From contig CALVXT010000001.1 in the NCBI GenBank assembly GCA_944371545.1, positions 1-50,701 on the forward strand: DNA of 50,701 nucleotides, read 5' to 3'. The stretch is from an uncultured Bacilli bacterium. Lineage in GTDB: Bacteria; Bacillota_I; Bacilli_A; RF39; UBA660. The stretch's first letter is position 1, and the number at the start of each line of letters is the position of its first letter. This document shows positions 43,377 to 50,701 of this stretch, in pieces. A model generated the notes under the pieces. The model saw only the letters and a list, made by a program, of their open reading frames with translations. It was not told where the DNA came from and made no database searches. Position numbers and translations under genes: made by a program.

Positions 43377-44222
43377 GTGGATAACAAAATTTTTCAAGAA
43401 CTTGTTCATGCTTATCATGAGAATAAATTAGCTCATGCTTTTTTGATTGAAACAAATGATAAAGAAAAATGTTATCAAACGGTTATTCAATTTTTAAAAG
43501 TTTTAAATTGCGCGGAGGAATTTAAAGACAATTGTACATCTTGTAATTTATGTCATCTATTTGATACAAATGCTTTACCTAGTTTGCTTACCATTTATCC
43601 TGATGGTCAGAATATAAAAAAAGAACAAATTTTAGAATTAAAAAGAGCATTTCAAACAAAACCTGTTTTTTCTAAATATAATATGTATGTAATTATGGAT
43701 GCCGAAAATTTAAATTCTTCAAGCGCGAATACTATGTTAAAATTTTTAGAAGAACCTGAAGAGTATATTATAGGATTTTTTATTACTAATAATAAAGAAA
43801 ATGTTATTGATACCATTAAAAGTCGTTGTCAGATACTTTTAGATTATTATGATGTAGATGAAATGGGAGATATTCCTTTAGAATATCAGGAGATGGCTTT
43901 GCATTATGCTTTAGAGCTTGAAACGACTCATGAAGATACTTTACTTTATAATAAAGATACTTTGCTTCCTTTTATAAAAGATAAAAAAAGTGCTTTTTGG
44001 TTATTTAAATCGTTATTAGAACTTTATGAAAATTTATATTATGCTTCTTTACATATAAGTGAGTTAAAAGAACAAAATGAAGGATTTCGATTTTTATTAA
44101 AAAAGGATTCGAATTATTTTTTGAAAAAAATTCATGTAATTATGGAAATTTTGGATGAATTAAATTATAATTTAAATATTTCTTTAGTTTTGGATCGGTT
44201 TGTATTAGAAGAAGGTGAATAG
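43377..44222 (+). CDS. holB: DNA polymerase III delta-prime subunit
   Basis: HAFLIE, the Cys cluster (CTSCNLC), and the SRCQ motif. GTG start. Confidence 0.85.
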   Translation: MDNKIFQELVHAYHENKLAHAFLIETNDKEKCYQTVIQFLKVLNCAEEFKDNCTSCNLCHLFDTNALPSLLTIYPDGQNIKKEQILELKRAFQTKPVFSKYNMYVIMDAENLNSSSANTMLKFLEEPEEYIIGFFITNNKENVIDTIKSRCQILLDYYDVDEMGDIPLEYQEMALHYALELETTHEDTLLYNKDTLLPFIKDKKSAFWLFKSLLELYENLYYASLHISELKEQNEGFRFLLKKDSNYFLKKIHVIMEILDELNYNLNISLVLDRFVLEEGE

Positions 44223-44223
44223 A

Positions 44224-45015
44224 ATGAATGTTTATGGTGTAGTTTTCCAAGATCGTGGTAAAGTTTATTATTTTAATGGACAACATTTACGAATTCCTAA
44301 TCGAGTTACTGTTATTGTAGAAACAGAAAAAGGTGAGCAATTTGGAAGAGTTGTTAGTAAGTTGGATAAAGAAAAAGCTTTAAAATATAAGAACGAATTA
44401 AAAAATGTATTGCGAATTGCTACAAAAAAAGATTATGAGCAATATTTGAAAAATTTGAAGGATGCCGATGAAGCTTTAAAAAAGGCACGTGATTTTAGTC
44501 GGGAATTAAATTTGAGTATGAATTTTATTGATGCTACTTTTACTTTTGACCGTAAGCAATTGCTTTTTAATTTTTTTGCTGATGATAGAGTAGATTTTCG
44601 TGAACTTGCTAAGAAATTAGCTGGAGTATATCATACGAGAATTGAGTTGAGACAAGTTGGTGCTCGTGATAAGGCTTTTCATGTTGGTGGAATAGGTATT
44701 TGTGGTCGAGGTTTATGTTGTGCTAATTATTTAACACATTTAGAATCGGTAACTATGAATATGGCCAAAAATCAAAATTTGGCTTTAAATCCTTCAAAAA
44801 TTAATGGGGCTTGTGGAAGATTGTTGTGTTGTTTAGCTTATGAAGATGAACAATATGTTGAGGCTTCTAAAGATATGCCAAGTGTTGGTGAGGATGTAGT
44901 GACTCCTTATGGAAAAGGTAAAGTTAAAAGTGTTGATATTTTGAATCGAAAGTATAAAGTTTTAATAAATGATGAACTAAAGGAAATTTGCCTAGATGAT
45001 GAAAAAGCAGCTTAA
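44224..45015 (+). CDS. ricT: PSP1-domain protein RicT/YaaT
   Basis: PSP1 C-terminal domain with a Cys-rich CGRGLCCANYL ... CGRLLCCLAYE. Located downstream of holB, as in B. subtilis. Confidence 0.9.
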   Translation: MNVYGVVFQDRGKVYYFNGQHLRIPNRVTVIVETEKGEQFGRVVSKLDKEKALKYKNELKNVLRIATKKDYEQYLKNLKDADEALKKARDFSRELNLSMNFIDATFTFDRKQLLFNFFADDRVDFRELAKKLAGVYHTRIELRQVGARDKAFHVGGIGICGRGLCCANYLTHLESVTMNMAKNQNLALNPSKINGACGRLLCCLAYEDEQYVEASKDMPSVGEDVVTPYGKGKVKSVDILNRKYKVLINDELKEICLDDEKAA

Positions 45016-45709
45016 TTGGTTGTTTGATTATCCAAATTTAAAAATATATCAATATCAAGAAGGGTTTAAGTTTTCTTTAGATTCAATTTTGTTAGCAGAA
45101 TTTGCTACGATTCGAAAATCAGATGAAAAAATACTTGATTTATGTACTGGAAATGGAGTAATACCTATTCTATTACATTTTAAATATCAAAAAAATATAG
45201 TAGGAGTAGAACTTCAAAAAGAAATTGCCAGTTTAGCTAGAGATTCAGTAAAGGAAAACGGTATGGAAGATGCTATTTCCATTATTGAGGATAATGTTTT
45301 AGAGTTGAAAAATTATTTCCCGGGAAATAATTTTGATGTTGTTCTTTCAAATCCTCCTTATTTTAAGTTTCATCATCCGAATTTTGTGAATCAAAATTCT
45401 TTAAAAAGTATCGCTAGACATGAAGTTACTATTTGTTTAGAACAATTAATTGAAATGGCTAGTTATTTACTAAAAAATAAAGGAAGGTTTTATTTAGTAC
45501 ATATTCCAGAGCGATTGGATGAAATTATTGTTTATGCAAATAAGTATGGATTTGGAATAAAAAAAATTCAATTTATTCATTCTAAAATATCTGAGCCACC
45601 TATCATTGTATTGGTAGCTTTAGTAAAAAATGGTAGATTTGGTTGTCGAATCTGCCCTCCACTTTCTATTGAGGGAGTAGAGTCTTATCAAAATTTATTT
45701 AAGAATTGA
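44996..45709 (+). CDS. SAM-dependent methyltransferase, YabB/TrmN6-like (tRNA m6A37)
   Basis: ILDLCTGNGVIPI SAM motif and NPPY (LSNPPYF). Synteny with B. subtilis yabB. Confidence 0.8.
   Translation: MMKKQLNWLFDYPNLKIYQYQEGFKFSLDSILLAEFATIRKSDEKILDLCTGNGVIPILLHFKYQKNIVGVELQKEIASLARDSVKENGMEDAISIIEDNVLELKNYFPGNNFDVVLSNPPYFKFHHPNFVNQNSLKSIARHEVTICLEQLIEMASYLLKNKGRFYLVHIPERLDEIIVYANKYGFGIKKIQFIHSKISEPPIIVLVALVKNGRFGCRICPPLSIEGVESYQNLFKN
45315..45328. promoter_or_regulatory. Noc-binding-site palindrome ATTTCCCGGGAAAT inside the methyltransferase gene
   Basis: Exact 14-mer at the centre of the 26-bp palindrome AAAATTATTTCCCGGGAAATAATTTT. It encodes YFPGNN. Confidence 0.7.
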
Positions 45710-45717
45710 GGAATGTT

Positions 45718-46263
45718 ATGAAGATGATTGTTGGTTTAGGAAATCCTGGTAAGGAATATGAGAATACAAGACATAATATTGGTTTTATGGTAGTGGATTC
45801 GTATATTGATGATTTTAAGTTAGAAAATAAATTTCAGGCGATGGTTTCTAAAAAAAATATTGACGGAGAAGATGTTCTTTTTGTAAAGCCAATGACTTTT
45901 ATGAATTTAAGTGGTATAGCAGTTTCTAAAATTGCTCATTATTATAAAATAATCCCAAAAGATATTTTAGTTATTCAAGACGATTTGGATTTACCTTTTG
46001 GTTCTTATAAGATTAAAGTTAATAGTTCTTCTGGTGGACATAACGGAATTAAATCCATCATTTCTTCTTTAAATACTGAAAGTTTCTGTCGATTAAAAAT
46101 TGGTATTTCTCAAGAAAATCGTGGCTCTGTAATCGATTATGTATTGGGAAAATTTTCAAAGAAGGAACTAGAAGAATTGAAAAAGAGTTATTCAAGATAT
46201 CAAGAAATTTTGAAATATTTTATATGTTATGGAATTGATAAAACGATGAATCAATTTAATTAA
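45718..46263 (+). CDS. pth: Peptidyl-tRNA hydrolase
   Basis: MIVGLGNPG...YENTRHNIGF and GGHNGIKS motifs. Confidence 0.95.
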   Translation: MKMIVGLGNPGKEYENTRHNIGFMVVDSYIDDFKLENKFQAMVSKKNIDGEDVLFVKPMTFMNLSGIAVSKIAHYYKIIPKDILVIQDDLDLPFGSYKIKVNSSSGGHNGIKSIISSLNTESFCRLKIGISQENRGSVIDYVLGKFSKKELEELKKSYSRYQEILKYFICYGIDKTMNQFN

Positions 46264-46280
46264 AAAGGGGGAAAGTTTGA

Positions 46281-49200
46281 ATGGAACTTTTTGAACGCTT
46301 TTCTTTTGAAAATGAATCAGTTATAGAAGGTTTAACAAATGAGTTATCCGTTTTTTACGTGTTAGAAGCTTTTAAAAAAGAGAAGAGGAACATTTTAGTT
46401 TTAACAAGTAATCTTTATTTTGCTAATCAATTATTTCGTTCTTTAGAAACCTATACGGATAAAGTTTTATTATTTCCAATGGATGACTTTTTTACTTCTG
46501 TGGCTATTGCAGTTTCACCCGAGTTGAAGTTAAAAAGACTAGAAACTTTAGAAAAACTAAAGCAGGGAACTTATATTGTAGTTACAAATTTAATGGGGTA
46601 TTTACGATTTTTGCCAAATAAAAGTGAGCAAGAATCTTTGGAAGTAAATTTACAAGTTAATATGGATATTTCACGAGATAAAGTGGTTGAAATTTTAGAG
46701 TCTTTAGGTTATCAGAGAGATTCAATGGTTACTTCTACTGGAGAATATGCCGTCAGAGGATTCATTGTGGACGTTTTTTTTCATCAAGAAGAACATCCCG
46801 TGCGAATTGAGTTTTTTGGAGATACAATTGAATCGATTCGGTTTTTTGATGAAGAGTCACAGTTATCTTTAGAAAATATTTCTTCTATTCAGTGTTCACT
46901 TAATGAAGAAATTGTTTCTTCACAACCTAGTTCATTGTATGATTATTTAGGTAAAACGACTTTAATTGCTTTTGATAAAGAGCAAATTCAAAGTAGTTAT
47001 CAAAAGTTATTGGAAGAGATGACTCATTTTAATGAAGAGGAGAATACACCTGGTAAAAAGCATTTCTGGCTTTTGGAGGAATTGCAACCAGATAAAGAGA
47101 TTTTTTTGAATCAAATCACAAATTCTTTAAAGGAGAAGAAAATTGTTCGTTTTTCAAGTAAAGAAATTGAGAACTTTCGTAGTGATTTTACAAAATTGCA
47201 AACTATGGTGTTACAATATATTCACCAAAAGAAAACAGTTTTATTTGTTTTATCTAAAAGTCAACAAATTAAAGTTATTCAAGACCTTTTTGATGATGTG
47301 CTTATTTTAAGGGAATTGAAGCTTCAACCTAATAGAATTCAAATTTATCAAGGAAAGATTAATAGAGGATTTATTTGGGATGATGTAGTTGTTATTAGTG
47401 AATATGATATTGAAGAAGTTAAACAAGAAATTGTTTATAAAAATCCAATTCGTATAGGAAAAAAAATTCATGGAATAGATGCTTTGTCTTTGGGAGATTA
47501 TGTAGTTCATCGAGCACATGGTATAGGTGTTTATAATGGTGTCGTTACATTAAGTAATCATGGTATAAAAAAAGATTATATTCAAATATCTTATTTAGGA
47601 AATGATAAAGTTTATGTTCCAGTTGAAAAGATTTCAACTATTTATAAATATAGTGATAAAGATGGTTTGAAGCCTCAGATTAATAAGCTTGGTTCAACTG
47701 CATGGCAGAAGAAAAAACAATCTATTCAAAAACGTATTCATGATATTTCTAAAGAATTTATTGAACTTTATGCCAAAAGAAATCAGGTACAAGGAGTTGC
47801 CTATATTGATTATCCAGAGGAAGAAGTTTTTGCTCAGAGTTTTCCTTATGAAGCAACTAGGGACCAACAAAGAGCAATTCATGATATTTTAAAGGATTTA
47901 GATAGTACGGTTCCAATGGATAGATTGTTGTGTGGAGATGTTGGCTTTGGAAAAACGGAAGTAGCTTTTCGAGCAATGTTTAAAACGATATGTAATAATT
48001 ATCAGGTTCTTTATTTATGTCCAACAACTATTTTATCTAAACAACAGTATGAATCGGCTTTGGCAAGATTTAAAGATTATCCAGTGGAAATTGCTTTATT
48101 GAATCGTTTTACAACTCCTAAGGAAACTAAACGAATTTTGGAGGATTTGAAATCTGGAAAAATCGATATAGTTTTTGGAACACATCGTTTGTTAAGTGAT
48201 GATGTGAAATTTAAAAAGCTTGGTTTGCTTATTGTCGATGAGGAGCAGCGTTTTGGCGTGACTCATAAAGAAAAGATTAAAAAATATAAAAATGATGTCA
48301 ATGTTTTAACTTTATCTGCAACACCTATTCCTAGAACATTAAAAATGGCTTTATCAGGACTTCGGGATTTATCAATTATTGATACGCCTCCTGTAAATCG
48401 ATATCCAGTTCAGACTTATGTTATTGCTGAAAATGAAATGCTTGTGAAAGACGCGATTTATAAGGAATTAGCGCGCGATGGTCAAATATTTATTTTGTAT
48501 AATCGTATTGAAACAATAGAAGAGGTTCTTTATAGATTACAAAGATTGGTTCCTGAAGCACGTATTCGTTATGCACATGGTAGAATGAATAAACAAGAAC
48601 TTGATACGATTATGGAAGATTTTGTTGATCATAAATTTGATATCTTACTTAGTACAACAATTATTGAAACAGGTATTGATATTCCTAATGCAAATACTTT
48701 AATTATTTATAATGCTGATTATTTTGGATTAAGTCAACTTTACCAATTAAGAGGGCGTGTTGGGCGAAGTAATCGAATTGCGTATGCGTATTTTCTTTAT
48801 CAAAAACAGAAAACGCTTAATGATATAGCAGTAAAGAGATTGCAGGCTATTCGTGATTTTACAGAATTAGGAAGTGGTTATAAAATCGCGATGCGTGATC
48901 TATCTATCCGTGGTGCTGGAGATTTATTAGGTAGTGAACAAGCAGGTTTTGTTGATTCTGTAGGAATTAGTTTGTATATGAAAATGATTGAAGAAGAAAT
49001 GAAACGATTAAAAGGTGAAGTTGTGATTGAAGAAGATGAACGTAAAGATTCTTTAATAAATGTTGAAACTCATATTGACAAAAATTATGTAGAGGATGAG
49101 TCTGTTCGTATAGAAATACATCAAATGATTAATGAAGTTGATTCGGAAGAAAAATTTGAAATAATAAAGAAACAACTTACTGATCGTTTTGGGACTATTA

Positions 49201-49499
49201 CAGAACAAATGGAAATCTATATGTATGAAGAATGGTTTGAAAAACTAGCTTTAAAATTGCAAATTAAAGATGTTCGTCAAACAGAACGTTCACTTACTAT
49301 TTATTTACCTGAGGAAATTTCTTCAAAAATTAAAGGGGATAAACTTTTTTTGGAAGCATATAATATTAATCCAAAGTTTCAATTGAAGTATGAAAATCGA
49401 AAAATTTCTATATCTTTGAATATACTCAATTTAAAGAAGCATTTTATTTATGATGTTGTTCTCTTGCTTCAAAAAATTGTTTTTGATTTAGAAGTATAA
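46281..49499 (+). CDS. mfd: Transcription-repair coupling factor
   Basis: CarD-like RID (GDYVVHRAHGIG), SF2 helicase motifs (GDVGFGKTEVA, DEEQRFG), and the TRG motif region. Confidence 0.95.
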   Translation: MELFERFSFENESVIEGLTNELSVFYVLEAFKKEKRNILVLTSNLYFANQLFRSLETYTDKVLLFPMDDFFTSVAIAVSPELKLKRLETLEKLKQGTYIVVTNLMGYLRFLPNKSEQESLEVNLQVNMDISRDKVVEILESLGYQRDSMVTSTGEYAVRGFIVDVFFHQEEHPVRIEFFGDTIESIRFFDEESQLSLENISSIQCSLNEEIVSSQPSSLYDYLGKTTLIAFDKEQIQSSYQKLLEEMTHFNEEENTPGKKHFWLLEELQPDKEIFLNQITNSLKEKKIVRFSSKEIENFRSDFTKLQTMVLQYIHQKKTVLFVLSKSQQIKVIQDLFDDVLILRELKLQPNRIQIYQGKINRGFIWDDVVVISEYDIEEVKQEIVYKNPIRIGKKIHGIDALSLGDYVVHRAHGIGVYNGVVTLSNHGIKKDYIQISYLGNDKVYVPVEKISTIYKYSDKDGLKPQINKLGSTAWQKKKQSIQKRIHDISKEFIELYAKRNQVQGVAYIDYPEEEVFAQSFPYEATRDQQRAIHDILKDLDSTVPMDRLLCGDVGFGKTEVAFRAMFKTICNNYQVLYLCPTTILSKQQYESALARFKDYPVEIALLNRFTTPKETKRILEDLKSGKIDIVFGTHRLLSDDVKFKKLGLLIVDEEQRFGVTHKEKIKKYKNDVNVLTLSATPIPRTLKMALSGLRDLSIIDTPPVNRYPVQTYVIAENEMLVKDAIYKELARDGQIFILYNRIETIEEVLYRLQRLVPEARIRYAHGRMNKQELDTIMEDFVDHKFDILLSTTIIETGIDIPNANTLIIYNADYFGLSQLYQLRGRVGRSNRIAYAYFLYQKQKTLNDIAVKRLQAIRDFTELGSGYKIAMRDLSIRGAGDLLGSEQAGFVDSVGISLYMKMIEEEMKRLKGEVVIEEDERKDSLINVETHIDKNYVEDESVRIEIHQMINEVDSEEKFEIIKKQLTDRFGTITEQMEIYMYEEWFEKLALKLQIKDVRQTERSLTIYLPEEISSKIKGDKLFLEAYNINPKFQLKYENRKISISLNILNLKKHFIYDVVLLLQKIVFDLEV

Positions 49500-49549
49500 T
49501 TTTATGAAAATTTTACAAAATATTTCTTAGATTGGAGTGAATTTAAGAA

Positions 49550-50062
49550 GTGAAAGATACTGGCGTGATAAGAAAAATTGATGAATTAGGAAGAATTGTT
49601 ATCCCTAAGGAAATTCGAAGGAGTTTAGGGATTCGAGATGGTGAAAATTTAGAAATTTTTGTTTCTTCTGATGGTATATGTTTGCAAAAGCATTCTAGAT
49701 TATTAAATTATCAGGAATTAGCCAATCAATTATGTCTTTTTTCTTATGAAATTATGAATTATAAAATTTTGATATTTGATAGAGAAGAAGTTATTGCATC
49801 TTTTCAAAATGAGTATAAACATATTTCTATTAATTCAAAATTAAGTAAGTTGTTGGAAAATCGAGAAACTTATGAGTCAATGAGTAAAGAAAAAATTTTA
49901 GAAGAGGTAGAATCTAGTTATTATTTTATATATCCTTTAATTATTTCTACAGATGTTGTTGGATTAATGATTTTTTTGTCTGATTCTACTTTTTCTACTG
50001 AACAAAAAAGGTTTTTGCAATTTTTATCAAAATTATTGATTAATAAAATTGATGTTCTTTAG
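49550..50062 (+). CDS. spoVT: Stage V sporulation protein T (AbrB-type N-domain + GAF-like domain)
   Basis: TGVIRKIDELGRIVIPKEIRRSLGIRDGENLEIF matches SpoVT/AbrB SpoVT-AbrB domains. Follows mfd, as in B. subtilis. GTG start. Confidence 0.85.
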   Translation: MKDTGVIRKIDELGRIVIPKEIRRSLGIRDGENLEIFVSSDGICLQKHSRLLNYQELANQLCLFSYEIMNYKILIFDREEVIASFQNEYKHISINSKLSKLLENRETYESMSKEKILEEVESSYYFIYPLIISTDVVGLMIFLSDSTFSTEQKRFLQFLSKLLINKIDVL

Positions 50063-50185
50063 ATTGTTATAAAATGTAACTATTCAGACTTTGAAAAAAA
50101 ATAAAGTGTAAAAAGTAGTGTCAACGATGCTGCTTTTTTTCAGTTATATATGAGAAAATAGTAATAGATAAGGATAGTGGTATAA

Positions 50186-50647
50186 ATGATGAAAGTTACA
50201 AATGACTTCTATAGACAATTTGAGGAGTTAAGTAATAAATTAGATGAACTAATTAAAGAAAATAAAAATATAAATACTACTCATAAAAACGAAATAAAAA
50301 AATTAAAACAAGATTTAAAGAAAGAATTTAAACAAGAAAAAGAAGAATTAAAAACCACTATAACTAATTTAGAAAAAATCATAAAAGAAAAAGATGAACT
50401 TATAGAAAAACTACTAAATGAAATTGATAGATTAAAAAATCAAATAAATAAAGATAGTAGTAATTCTAGTAAACCACCCTCAACAGATACAAGAAAAAAA
50501 GAAAAAAGTGGAGCCAATTTATATAATTCTAGAAAAAAGACAGATAAGAAAATAGGAGGACAAAAAGGTCACAAAGGACATAGCCTTACTAAAGATAAAG
50601 TTGAAAAGATAATAAAAGATAATCTTGGATTGTCAACACTTTTTTAG
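50186..50647 (+). mobile_element. IS66-family transposase, N-terminal fragment only
   Basis: Coiled-coil N-terminus followed by SSNSSKPPSTD ... GGQKGHKGHSL, typical of IS66 TnpC N-termini. The ORF stops at 50647, before any catalytic domain. Confidence 0.55.
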
Positions 50648-50701
50648 ACAATTTTTATAAGGACAACCCCAAACGATATGCTACAGGTGTTTGGTAATTT
50701 A

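Noticed and set aside
50063-50185. Search for IS66 terminal inverted repeats upstream of the transposase fragment.
   Set aside because: Only a short shared TGTCAAC element is found (50121 and 50633). There is no convincing inverted repeat pair, so the element boundaries cannot be defined from this window.

Overview
Very AT-rich (roughly 27-30% G+C by eye) chromosomal replication-origin region of a spore-forming low-GC Bacillota genome. Gene order closely parallels the Bacillus subtilis origin. The left arm is mostly on the minus strand: spoIIQ-like, spoIID, rpiB, rpmE, murA, mntP, spoIIR, prmC, prfA, rpoE, argS, a class A PBP (plus strand), a noc-like parB, rsmG, mnmG, mnmE, jag, yidC, rnpA, rpmH. 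A bipartite oriC flanks dnaA. The right arm is on the plus strand: dnaN, comK, recF, gyrB, gyrA, SRP RNA, tadA, dnaX, ybaB, recR, bofA, holB, ricT, a yabB-like methyltransferase, pth, mfd, spoVT.

Non-core content:
- An agr-type quorum-sensing locus, including a 37-aa AgrD ORF absent from the ORF track.
- A ~3.5-kb islet between noc and rsmG: a HipA-like kinase with a translationally coupled 134-aa ORF, convergent with a frameshifted HD / SpoT-type-hydrolase fusion gene.
- An orphan 428-aa protein.
- A stand-alone JAMM/MPN protein abutting murA.
- An IS66-type transposase fragment at the right edge.

The most striking signals are in the DNA itself:
1. Seven ParB centromere (parS) palindromes are packed into one 764-bp non-coding array between gyrA and the SRP RNA gene. 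Most are preceded by a degenerate DnaA-box-like 9-mer.
2. There are four exact Noc-binding-site palindromes (ATTTCCCGGGAAAT).
3. The only ParB-family protein in the window carries Noc-type specificity residues plus a ~150-aa insertion. No soj/spo0J pair sits in the canonical position.
4. I counted at least 15 perfect DnaA boxes by hand, including two abutting boxes inside the dnaA coding sequence and one over the holB start codon.

No rRNA, tRNA or CRISPR was found.
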